From: Enoplolaimus lenunculus
Taxonomy: Eukaryota
Assembly (NCBI GenBank): GCA_030248215.1
Contig: JASANG010002430.1
Span: 248,001-312,000, forward strand
Direction: 5' to 3'
DNA: 64,000 nucleotides
Positions 50,700-62,443 of this stretch are shown here, one piece after another (the first letter of the stretch is position 1; every line of letters begins with the position of its first letter). Below the pieces are notes generated by a model. The model was not told the origin of the DNA. It worked only from the letters and a program-made list of their open reading frames with translations, and made no database searches. The position numbers and the translations under genes were made by a program.

Positions 50700-53600
50700 A
50701 TGAACTTCAAAACTTTCGGCACATTTGATAAAGCATACAGGTAATCGTAAAATTTAGAATTTAAATTATGCATTTTCGAAGAGAAAATTATTTTCGCAAA
50801 TAGAAACAGGATAATACTTTTAAAATCATTTTAACCACGACACTCGGAGTCGGCCTTCAGAGTGGTGGCGTCCGGCAGTACTGCGCCAAGCATAACCCGT
50901 TCCTGCATCAGCAAAGAATCGAATTACCATCTCGACAGCGTTGAGTGGAACTTAAAAACTAGGTATCCATGTTTTGATGAAACGAATCTTTGCCCCAAAA
51001 TAATAGGTAATACTCCCCGAATCTTGATAGATTTACGCCTACAATCATAGTTGTTGAAAAGAACAAACAAGAACTTTTTAAGGCAGAGATTTGCATCTGA
51101 CACAAAACCTCTGAGCAGCCATACAGTTGTTTAGGAACAATTTCATTGGTTTTTGTTTCGACAGTTATATAAAAATTTTGACATTGCAAGACGGCCAAAC
51201 CTTTAATAATAAACTTTGTATCTGCGTCCCATAAAACAGATTTGCAGGTGGTATAAAATTAAAAAAAAACTTAAAATAAAGAGCCCACAAGCGGCGTAAG
51301 CTGCTCTTGATGTTTTGTGGTGCCGAAGGGTTCCCGACTTGCCTTGTTATTCAACTGTAAACATAGTTTACCCTTGAAAACAAATCATTCTCATCACAAC
51401 TGTACTCAGGACAAACAAATGGCGTATGAGAATAGATATCAACCATTTTTGCCTTTTCTTTCAAGTGTTATATTAAAATTCAGAGACTGATGCTTTTTAT
51501 GCGCCGTTCACAATAATTTTAAAATTGTATTGCTTCGTTAAAGTTTAACGAGGATTGTTGAATGCGACCCTGTCGGAAAAAAGTGAAGCGAAACAAAGAT
51601 TTAGAAGGAACGCAGTACTACAAAAATCTTTAGCAAACAATGTCGAATAGTACACTTTTGGTGGGTATCATACATTGCCCATCCACGCGGACCCGGATCT
51701 TCCAGCGTTTCCTACAATGTTAAAGATTCTTATTCTACAATGTAAACAAAAATCATATGAAGTATTACCCACGTTTTTTATATTTGCTAATCTTTAAGAA
51801 GCATTTTGAATGCCTACTGGTTAATTAGAGACAACAAAAATGAAATAGATGTAATTATTACAGCATATAAAACACAAGACAATTGCCAAAAATAAACCAT
51901 CAAGAGTAGATTTCGCGTTTGTGGTTAAAGATACAACAGTTTAAAGTGAATATCTGTCTTAAAATAAAATACAGCAAAAAAGAAACTAAATTGATTTTTT
52001 CGGTGTCATGTATTTTATACTTTCCGGATACAGTTCCGGTGTTGGTACGTTTTCAAATTCATGTTCCGGCGTTGGTATTTTTCAAATTCATGTTGCGGCG
52101 TTGGTATTTTTTCAAATTCCAGTTCCGTTTCCGGTAAATTGTATTTCCTGTTGCACCCTGATATACGCATGTACTGCAAACTTGGGAATTTGCGGTTCGG
52201 ATTCGGATTCGGTTGTTAAAAAGCCGAAGAATCCAAAAGTCGAATCCAATAACGTTCGGCAATATATGTTTTTCATTTTTACAATAAAAATTTTGAATAA
52301 CTCGTTATATAAAAATCAATATTTTTTGTTTCAGATGACAACTCGTAGAACTTTAGGTGGGGCATGAAAAAATTGGGTTTACGAAAAAAGTAGACTTACA
52401 GAGCAATAAGATTTATTAGTTTTGACGGACGAAAGGCAATATTCAAATTTTATTAAGTTGGCATTCTTAAACAAATGGTATGTAGAACTGCTTGAGAAGA
52501 TGTGGGTTCGAAGAAGTCGAATTCAACAGAGGATAAAATTCTACCATGACTGGTGCCAGGAATACATACGGGGAAAAGAATGATTTTGTGAGCCGGGAAC
52601 TATTAAACTAGTCTAAGTTAGTCCAATGCGTCCGGGAAGAACAATTAAACTAAGGGAAGAATTATACCGTGAGCGGGAGAAAAATTAAACTAGTTGAATT
52701 CTTCCGGTGAAAGCATTAAATCAGGAAGGAATTATACCGTGACAACCCAAAATATTTGTCAAAAAGTTTGACGAATAATATATCATTCGATGCTGCTTAC
52801 AGAGCTGAGTTGAATGGTGTTAAAGTTTCCGTTATTAGACGACTGGTTAACGAATCTTGGTCAAACAACAGATTTAACGCCTTCCCGAATCGTTGGCAAC
52901 GCGCCAAATCAGGCTCCGCAAGCTGTGTAAACATTTTCCAGCCCGCTAGCAAAGAGTGAGCTGCTTACGGTATAGGTTGTCCCCATTGCAAGTGCCAATC
53001 AACACAACTTTGGATCCATAATTAGAGTACGTTTGTGGATACAGTCAGAAATACTAATTATAGTTCATAAGAAGCCAACGCGGAAAAATTCCGCACACTA
53101 AAAGCAACAACTGTTAAAACGTGTACAGTAGAAGACCGAACATCAAGCTCTCGTTGTAGCTGAGATACACACATTTGAGAATACGAGCCAGGGATTGTAG
53201 CAATAATTGCTATGAAACAGATTCGTATGGTGAAATGTCTCGTAGAAACGCATTACCAGCTGTATAACCAAGGGAGACACCGTTGAGGTAGAGCCATTGC
53301 CAGCGAAAGATTCGAACCTTTATCTTGCGGTGATTGCTACCTTTATTATCAATTTATATTATAGACTGACAATAATGTTTATATCGAATCTGATGTCAGG
53401 ACCTTTCCACATGAACACTTCCATATTGAAGTTCTGACTACTTTACACACCTGCGGCTGCTGGTAAACGCAGGTTGATGGTTAGCATTTAACGTGCGACC
53501 GGATAACAAACTGACGGAGCCCGAGCCAGATCATTTAATACTCGATTGCATTCCAATATCAGAACGTAACTTACCATTTTGCCTTCCGTGGCTTAAAGGA

Positions 53601-53999
53601 CTCCCACACCGATACATCTTTAACACTTTAACAACGACCCTATTATACTATTCTATGTTTATTTTGAAAATTTTATTGTTTTTGGGTGATGACCAAAAGT
53701 TGGCCGAAACTTAGACTTTTTATGGCCGCTCTGCGCTATTCCTGGCTAACATTAAAATGCTATTATTTTTTGCTTAGGTTGAGACTTAGTTAAAGACCAA
53801 TTTTTACGTTCAATTTTAGGCTTAGCCATAGGAATAATAGAAATATGCCGAGATATATTTTGCTAGGCCCATAGAATAAAACTCGTCATCTATATCTGGC
53901 TTTCCAGCGTTATTGTACCTAACGCAATAAAGATTTTAAACGTAAACGACAGCGTGCAAACATTTAAATTACACGTGTGACAGAAAAAAAATTGTAACA

Positions 54000-54338
54000 T
54001 TGGATATTTATGAATTTAAATGTCCTGGCTGTGAGTCGGGTTACATTGGCGCTGCGAATCGCCAATTGTACAAAAGGATATGTGAACATCTGCAGATTTC
54101 GAATCGGACCGAATTACCAACACATTCTTCTTTGAACTTGATTTCCGCTATTTGTTCACATCGTTCTGAATTTGATCATCCATGCTCCAAAATTGACTTT
54201 TCAATATTAGACCAGTGGCCAAACTCTAAAAGTTATTCAAATTTAGGTTTGCATATACTGGAATCATGTTATATCCGTAGAAAGCAACCAGAACTTAATA
54301 TACACTCTAATGTATTTTCTTTTAAAAATTTCACTTAA
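54000..54338 (+). mobile_element. GIY-YIG endonuclease fragment of a Penelope-like retroelement
   Basis: IYEFKCPGCESGYIGAANRQLYKRICEH..SAICSH..FSILD..LHILESCYIRRKQPELN fits the PLE endonuclease pattern (VYxxxCxxC..YIGxTxR.L..RxxEH..SA..H..ExxxI....PxLN); no intact RT upstream. Confidence 0.85.
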
Positions 54339-54564
54339 CGTTTTAGGCCTGGGCTTAAATTTAGTTCGTTAAGCTTACATTCTTGCCTAATTTATATTAA
54401 TTTTGTTTTATTTCTGCCCGTGGTATAGAATATTGACATTTAATTCTGTAATAATATTCATTTTCATTTCAATAGTTTCAGTTTTCAGCGTAATTTTAAA
54501 CATGACTGTTTACAATAAATTATAATTTTAATGTTTCCGTAACCAATTTCAAACAGTAAACAAA

Positions 54565-57500
54565 ATGTTGACCCGAGTAGCTGCATCGGATGCGATGTCA
54601 AAACGTGAAAAGCGGCGACAGGAACGTAAAAATCTTAAAGGTACTTACGCAAGTTATTGTGAAAAAATGCATTTGGTGTCGTTTTTGAACATAATAAATT
54701 TACACATCGACCAGTTTGCGATAAATATTAGGGTAGAAATCTATTGCTAAGTGTCGGATATCCCGATATGAAAAACATCCTGGACGTGTATTTGAATCGA
54801 ATGTATATATGTCACAGGCCAATCTGCTATTCCCACCAATTACTAAGTGGCATAAGCCAATCTGCGTTTTTTGTATTAATGGCACTTTGGCTGTGGCCAA
54901 ACTGCCATTAAACTTATTAACCAATCGGATTTGACTATTGGGCCAGACGTAATACAAAATTTGGTGGATCAAATTCAGTTTGATGACAAGCTATGTTCAG
55001 AGAGCGGAAATGTGTTACGGAGATTTTCTACAGCTTTTTAGATTTTGAATTTTTTTATAATTTCAGAGCTTGCCCTTCGAAACCGGCAGTATTACGCTCG
55101 TCTACGCCAATATTACGCAGATTCACCGAAATTTCGTGCATTTTTACTGTACAGCGCGTTTTGTTGTTATATTTTTGGAGGCGCGGCGATATTTTATGCG
55201 ATTGATCATAACGCGGCGCAACCTTTTGATTTGGATCCGCGTATGAATGGATTGGACATTACGTGTATTGGCCGTCATGATTTTTTCAGTTCTGTGTTGT
55301 ATGCACTTACGGCGATGTCAACCATTGGTAAGTTTTATCAAGATTATGGATACACTATGGTTAAGATTCTGCAACTGGGTACATTCTGTGCACAAAAGAA
55401 CGTACCCCAAACAAGTCGTTTTTTTGGACAACCACCAACCTCTTATTTAGGCAGGTTACGTTGCACAAATATTTTGAATTTTGACAAATTCCCTACGATT
55501 ATTTTCTTAACACCAATATTTACTATTCGGTTTTAAGAGATGATTCGCAAATCCACTCTTGTCTTTATCAAGAGTCAATAACGACTTTTTTAGACTAGAG
55601 TGTGCACTTTTAAAAAATATGCACGAAACTTAATGTACCTGCGCTTCTTGCTTCTTTCTTATGCCCCCTCATTTCGTGGAGGTCTAGGTTATATATACGC
55701 CACGCAAAACGGAAGACGAAATGATATCTGGTCAAAAACATTAGCGAACCATTTTTACCATGCATTTCATTATCATCTCTTCGAATTTCGAGGTTCCAAC
55801 CAAACCCCTGTGTGAACCACATCGAAAGACCACATCGAAAGAGTCCCAGCACGAAGAATCCCAATAAATCATTCAGGATCCCCCGGTGACTGTTGAATTG
55901 GATCAAATATACAGCGATGTTTTATAAACCGTATTTCACGTTTTAAACGGCATGTTTCAAAACGTTTTTTATACGCGGAGAAAAGATAATGCAAATGTCT
56001 TTTGGCCTGATCGGGAATTAATAGTACGCAAGGCGAGTGGGGGGTCGTACAGACAGGGGGGGCGGTGGATCGCGCCCCCACACCCAATCAGAATAGTTCG
56101 TGTGTCATAATTTACATTAGATACAAGAATTACGCCTACTTGCTCGCTCGATTCTCGCGGATTAATTAAAGCTCACTCTAAATCTTCTCTACAAGCCTTG
56201 ATTTTCTGTACTTAAGTTAATGGTAATGCGGTATTAGTTTTCGCGCGCTTCACCCGCGATATTATTTTCAAGTCGTGTTCACGTGGCGAACAACTGGGTC
56301 TGGTCCAGCTACCAAGCCCGCCTAAAATTTAGGGAGGGACTCTGAAATTGGTCTCGGAGCCGACTAACAAAGCGTGACCAACCTCATATATCCCGCCAAA
56401 ATGTCCATTTTTATGCGAAAACCTAAGGCACGGACCTAGCAGAATTCAGGTCTCCCCCAATGCAATTTTCTCGGTACGCCACTGACGCCACCACATCTAC
56501 AAACCGGGGTTGTTTCCCCGCAAACATTGGATGGACCGAAAAAGCAGGTTGTTTTAAAGATTGAAAGACATGTACTCGTAAACAAATGCACTGAGTGAAT
56601 GGACGCTAACTGTAGGCCCACAAAGACACTAAAAACATCATCATTTTACTAAAAGTATCATTTTTCAACACATGATAAGCGTATGGTGCATCCCACAAAA
56701 GTGTCAGAGCTGGTCACAGGAGAAGATCAATAATTGAGGATGGGGAGCGCGTGCTCACCATCACAAATTGTTTATGATAAATATGGTAAGGTCTGTGACC
56801 TACAAATTTTTATTTATGTGCTGGTAAAATGACGTTCGACTATTCGCGTGCGAATATACATTGCATCCACCACTGAACTTTTTTCAACAGCTTTAAAAAA
56901 TACAACACATTTCTTTCTCCCATCTGATAGTCTTTTCTCTGATTGCTTTGGCTGCTGGTCTGCTTTTGTCGTTTGTCTAAAGTCAAAACGCTATTGGCAC
57001 TAAAATAAATGTTTTTTTCAATACGCTGTTAGTGAACGATTCGAAAGTAAACGTTCAATCTTAATTAGCTTTTACCATATTCTTTCAGCATTCGGTCAAC
57101 TCCACGTTTGTACTACAGCGAGTCGCGTGCTCACCTTGATTTATTCAGCGGTCGGTATTCCGTTCATTGTGTACATTTTAGCAGATTTAGGCGGTCGAAT
57201 ATGCTACATTCTGGTAAACAGTTATGCGTATTGTATTAAAGTTGCGACATTGATTTCAAATTGGATCCGGCCTCGATGGCACGATTTTCGGCTCGAACTA
57301 AGCGAGCGGTTTCAACGGCCAAAATTTTCTTCATCTCAATTGAAAACTTTTTCAGTAGAATCGCTAATGTATATTGATGATTCAGATGTTACGACGCTTG
57401 ATTTGTCGCAAACTATTTTACTCAACGATAAACACCATCCCTTTTGGACTTTAGACCAGTCAACAATTGACGAGTCGCGCAACAAAACTGATATCCCAAG

Positions 57501-59493
57501 GTCACTATGCGGTAAAAACGTGGCGCTCAAGCTGCGAAAACGATGGTTTCACCGGTTTGACCCCAGAAGACTATTCGAATGGGGACGGGGTCGATTTTTA
57601 AATTCGGATAGCATCCAGCATAATCGGTTCGAAAATGGACCTGCTGTAATCGGGATACGAGATAGTGTAATAGGGTGTCGTGAGGAACCCAGGAGGTCTA
57701 GTGGGGTACGGTATAGCCAAGGAAGCTTGTCTGTCGGAAGCTCTACACGTGAACTTAGCTTGTTAGATGTTCAAAGTCTAGCGCTTGATGAAGAAACTGG
57801 GCCGTTACCTCCGTTTTTCTGTTCAGATTCTAAGCAAGCCGAGAGCCAAACTTACCAACAGCACCCTATAACCAAAGCTCCCGTGATAAACATTGTAAAC
57901 GTGGACGAAACGGAATATTTACAACTCAAACCGATGGCTTCTGACGATTATACCGAAAATCAACTAAGTAAACTAGCTAATAATGACATAGCTACTTTTG
58001 ACGCTCTTGAAAATCGCCGATTTGAAAAATCGGATGGTGGGATGAAGTTTTTGGCGGTTCCAGGGCTAGATTTAGCAAGTGGCGTCCCTCGGGACTTGGC
58101 TGGGTCAACAGAAAATTTGTCAGTATGTAGCAGCCGGCGTAGCAGTGTCGCAAGCAGCCTCGGGGACGGCAACGCAGTAGATTTTAACGAATTCACCCCT
58201 GATCTTCCTCTTTCGTTATGTTTTGCGTTACTCGTTTTGATTACAGCAGTGATTGCAATACATATACATGAATTTGAATACGTACCAGCCGGGTATTCGT
58301 TGTACTACGCTGCGCTATTTTTCATTATGCAAGAATACTACGTTAGAGATCATCAGAATTGCTTAGTAACGTTCAGTATTCTAATATCGGGTCTGGCTGT
58401 AATTTCAACGCTGATAAACGCCGTGATCTACAATATTCAAAATACATCCGCTCGGATACAAGCTAAGCTGCCGGAAGCTATCCGAAAACGGAAAGAAGAA
58501 CTAGCGGCGGCTGGATTTCCGGATGCGGATGTGAACCCGGATGAAATTCTGAACGAACTACTCGCAGCTGAAGGAAGCTTTTTGACTCGTCAAGCGATGC
58601 CACGTTCAACTATAGATCAATTGGAAACCGCTTGTGAATCCACGGTCACAAAAGTGGAACAGCAAATTGTTGACGAAGTCAAACGAAAAAATCCGCCGAA
58701 AAGCAAAGGAACACAAACCAAAGGACTATTTGAAGAAAAGCGTCAAGGTGTACAGGTGGCGGTTCAAGTGGGACACCAAACCGAAAGCCGACAAGCTGAA
58801 ATTCAAGCTACTTGCCAAGCTGAACATTCCAGTACTACGTGTGAAGGTTTAATCGAATTCAAAATTGCCGAAACAAATACAGACACCGTGGCGCCTCAAA
58901 AAGATGCTCAAACACAACTGGATTCGCTCAAAACATTTCTAGACGCCGCGTCTCAGTACGTATCTGAATGTATCAATGCGGCTATTGAAACTGACCCACC
59001 ACCAGCGCTAGCTCACGCAATTGCTCAAACGCTGCTGGTTGAATTCGCGACAGTTGGCACAGACGTTCTTCCAATAAAAATGCAGCATTCAGAAACAAAC
59101 ACAAAAATTGTTCAATTAACGGATAGCAGTTGTGAAATCGCTCCAATCACGGCGTCCGCCGGATGTACAGCTATACCGGAAACAACAAATCAAATTAGCT
59201 CAACAGACACAGTTGAACTTCAAGACATGGGCTCTGAGCCAATCAAAATAGAGCATCGTGATGTGGAAACAAGCATTAGACCGGAAACGAAAGATTTCGC
59301 TGCGGACATATCACCTGAAATGGAATGTAAAACAGCAGAAGTGACGGAAATGGATATCCGGTTGACCATGGGACCAAAAGCTATCAAAGCAACACCAGCT
59401 GCAGCTACGAAAGCCTACGCCAGGCAGGATATTGGCCGGGTTCAAGGCTCGCGATTGACGTCTGCGACATTGTCAAAATTTGAGAAAAAATAG
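54565..59493 (+). CDS. Two-pore-domain (K2P/TWK-like) channel homolog, 3 exons, 913 aa, with degenerate selectivity filters
   Basis: Exons 54565-54640, 55067-55327, 57089-59493 (2742 nt; both introns phase 1). M1 LLYSAFCCYIFGGAAIFYAID; P1 DFFSSVLYALTAMSTIAFGQLHVCT; M2 SRVLTLIYSAVGIPFIVYILADLG; long M2-M3 loop; M3 LPLSLCFALLVLITAVIAI; P2-like SLYYAALFFIMQEY; M4 LVTFSILISGLAVISTLINAV; long C-terminal tail. Confidence 0.85.
56040..56484 (-). mobile_element. Inverted, internally deleted copy of the 49902-50699 hAT-type element, in K2P intron 2
   Basis: Ends TCTCGGTACGCCACTG; the segments CTGAAATTGGTCTC.GAGCC.ACTA and ATAATTTACATTAGATACAA.AATTACG are reverse complements of about 50040-50070 and 50607-50640. 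Confidence 0.8.
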
Positions 59494-60649
59494 TGTAAAG
59501 TTTCTATCAATTCAATTTATCTGCATAACCAGGATATCATTTCGGAAGTGTATATTCTCATACATAAGAGTTTGTCAGCGAATGCTGAAAACAAGATTAA
59601 ATTTTCTGTATTTCAGGCACTAGTAAACTATTCTAAAAGCTGTATAATTGTGTTCTCGTTTCTACCATTTTTGGGAACATAACTACCACCTTATCTGCAA
59701 AATGTTTTTTTTATTTTGAATCTATTTGTTTCATTCTCGGGCCCATGTTACTTTAAAGGCAGTCCCGTTTTCTCGCACGACTGCAACAGAGTAGCATTGC
59801 AGTTTAGTCTGTATTTGCTTAAGCTTATGCTTAAGATTAACAGTTATTTTTACGCTTTAGCTTACGCTTAGGAATATAATTGAGTAAGAGCTGCGGTCGT
59901 AAAACTAACATTGGGCCATTCTTGCATTTAGTATCGTATAAATTACTGTTCCAATGTATTGGTGCAATGTGAGAACTACGACGGGTAAGTATTATTACGC
60001 GTATGTGCAGTACAAAATCAAGGCACAATTGCTTTACAAGTTTGGTTCGGAAGGCGTTAGAAGCTGAAAAAATTTAAACGTATGATTTTAGCAGAAAATA
60101 CGGATGGAAGTTTATGTGAGGGCGATTTGATATAAAACCAAACATGAACCAGAGCGTACTTTATAAAGCAAAACATTAAAAACAAATATATAAACCTTCT
60201 TACGAATATTTTACCAATGGCTTAAATATTATCATCAACTGGTATATTCCCCCGGCAATGTGAACGCAATGGAATATGCAATTCTTTAGCCCGTAGGTTC
60301 AAATTTGTGTAGCAGCTGTTACTACGGGTATTAATTGATGCTAGGTTTTGTATAACTTTTCAAACAGTAAAATGGTGACGTTCGAAATTAACCACAGTAT
60401 TCGCATTTGCTTAGTCCTATCTCTGTGCTAATTCTAAGATCAGTAATTGCAGGAGTTCGTCAGTTTGAAAACCTATAGCTAACTGGTCATAGATACAGGA
60501 TTTAAGCTTAAACATAACATAAAGTGGCTTATTATTGCAACTGCCTGCGGCTGGTTATTTTATAGATCTTGCCATTGAGGATCAGTCGTGTAAATCCTAG
60601 CTCGAAGTAGAATTTTAGACAAAACAGAAAATGTTAATTTGGCAAAGGG

Positions 60650-62443
60650 TTAAACTACAAATTCTTGATCGAAATCTTCACGATCACTTGGTAAGTCATC
60701 AAAACTGTCATGAACGTTTGGTTGTTTTTGTTGTTTTTGTTGTTGTTGTTGTTGTTGTTGTTGCGGCTGCTGTTGCTGTTCTTGTTCTTGTTCTTGTTGT
60801 TGTTGTTGTGGTGGTGGTGGTGGTGGTTCTTGTTGGTGGTGATGATGTTGATGTTGCAGGTGTGGTTGTTGTTGTTGCCCAGTCGTCTCCTCTGAGTGCT
60901 CCACATCTTCCGTCAACCTCATACTGTAATAGGTTCGCTGTGCAGACGGCAACTGGCCAGCATTGCTTTTCAGTCCCGAAACCTTGCTATTTTCGCAACA
61001 CCCCATTTGAGGACTACTACAACAATTGGCTCTAGCGGGCTGAGAGTCACGAGTAAGCAACGCTACTGTCTGTTGAGTCGCCTCCATGTGGGCAAAAGTA
61101 CCGTTTGCTGGCGATCCTCTTTTCTCTCCGTCCGGAGTTAGTTCCTTGCGCCGTCGGACCAACTTGACTACAGGACTCCAAAACGTTTCTACAAATGTTC
61201 GTCGAAATTCAGCACTCATACTGCAGTAAATACCGAAGTTTACAGGATACGTTGCTAATATTAGCATATTGTCTACGTTCGTTGTCAGTATAATCATTTG
61301 GCTGTTAATACGAAAACTGTATATTTGACTAGCGCAAAAAATACCCAAGATTATAGATTGAGGCAGGTTGACTACAAGAAATATAACAACAATTAGGGTA
61401 AGCATGACTGTAGTTGAGTTAGTTTCGTTCGCACGTTTGACATCTGCACTCGCAGCGGCCGGTGGTCGTTTTTCTCGAAGCAGACGCCGCTTTCGACGTT
61501 GCGCCTCGCTTATGGAGGCAATAAGCAGGGCTGAAAATGCAACCAGAAGCGCAGAAGGTACCAAACAAAACAAAGTGGACCGAATTCCGTAGTACACTGT
61601 GAAAAATACATCAGGACCTGCGGCTAGAACCACATCGGAATATGACGCCATACACAAGTGTTGAGAGTTTAGAATTTGACTAGTGTTCAGGGGGGACACG
61701 ACTTTCCAACTGTTTAGTTTGACGTCCCCTACGTCGAAAAATTTTTGACTCGCAAATAGTAAAGATATTGCAATTATTGCAATTGTTGCACGATTGACTG
61801 CACGCACAGTTACGACACGCGACGCTATACGGCTCATCCCATAGCGGATAGCGATAGTTCTTTGAACTGCCAGTAATACCGTTAGCCAAATGGCAACATT
61901 ATGACAAAACGGGGGCAGTACGTCATTGGTATAAAGCGCCAAGGTACACAACTGGGCGCTGATTGCCCCAGGCCGCCCGGTATAAGTCCCGAGTGAAAAC
62001 CAAAAAAAGAAAAACGGAAATGGAACCAAAGCGACCCCAAGGTCAGCAACACTCATATATAGCAGAACAGTGTTTGTAGGCGAGTTCATATGTTTCCGTG
62101 TAAGCACAACAACCAATAGGGCGCTTGTGACTAGGGTAAGCGAAACTAGTACGGGGTATACGTATAAATAGATAAATGTTGCGTACTTATTTGTATAGTT
62201 ATCTTCAATTAAAGTAAATGGAGCATAATTATAATAACATTCGTTTCGGCATGGGTTAAACAGGGACCAAGCGCACGTTGAGCGAAGCTTTCGGTATTGG
62301 CCAAGAGTCATCGAGCACATATCCGGTTGGTCTGGCTCCGGATCCTCGATGTTTAGACGTTGTCCTGGCACCATATTTAGGCTGTGAACAATCTTGTCGG
62401 GGGCCTGATCCGGATATGGCGAACTGGTGGTGTCGGAATTCAT
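60650..62443 (-). CDS. Class A neuropeptide GPCR of the sex-peptide/myoinhibitory-peptide receptor family (SPR/SPRR-like), single-exon ORF, 597 aa
   Basis: Seven hydrophobic segments; VVVLTRKHMNSPTNTVLLYMSVADL, CHNVAIWLTVLLAVQRTIAI (SPR family has QRY), TTVMLTLIVVIFLVVNLP, YPVNFGIYCSMSAEFRRTF; in-frame stop 8 codons upstream of the ATG. Confidence 0.92.
   Translation of the reverse strand: MNSDTTSSPYPDQAPDKIVHSLNMVPGQRLNIEDPEPDQPDMCSMTLGQYRKLRSTCAWSLFNPCRNECYYNYAPFTLIEDNYTNKYATFIYLYVYPVLVSLTLVTSALLVVVLTRKHMNSPTNTVLLYMSVADLGVALVPFPFFFFWFSLGTYTGRPGAISAQLCTLALYTNDVLPPFCHNVAIWLTVLLAVQRTIAIRYGMSRIASRVVTVRAVNRATIAIIAISLLFASQKFFDVGDVKLNSWKVVSPLNTSQILNSQHLCMASYSDVVLAAGPDVFFTVYYGIRSTLFCLVPSALLVAFSALLIASISEAQRRKRRLLREKRPPAAASADVKRANETNSTTVMLTLIVVIFLVVNLPQSIILGIFCASQIYSFRINSQMIILTTNVDNMLILATYPVNFGIYCSMSAEFRRTFVETFWSPVVKLVRRRKELTPDGEKRGSPANGTFAHMEATQQTVALLTRDSQPARANCCSSPQMGCCENSKVSGLKSNAGQLPSAQRTYYSMRLTEDVEHSEETTGQQQQPHLQHQHHHHQQEPPPPPPQQQQQEQEQEQQQQPQQQQQQQQQKQQKQPNVHDSFDDLPSDREDFDQEFVV
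60720..60880 (-). repeat. Coding trinucleotide repeat (CAA/CCA/CAT) giving a polyQ/polyP/His tract in the GPCR C-tail
   Basis: Plus strand shows (TTG)n and (TGG)n runs; translates to QQQQPHLQHQHHHHQQEPPPPPPQQQQQEQEQEQQQQPQQQQQQQQQKQQKQ. Confidence 0.92.

Noticed and set aside
60631..61035. Poly-Val, poly-Leu and poly-Asn ORFs overlapping the GPCR tail
   Set aside because: Alternative-frame and antisense readings of the polyQ trinucleotide repeat.
175..62443. Co-regulated sensory cluster or operon (GCs + K2P + GPCR)
   Set aside because: The genes are on different strands and separated by the housekeeping LTN1 gene and about 15 kb of repeats; adjacency alone is not evidence.
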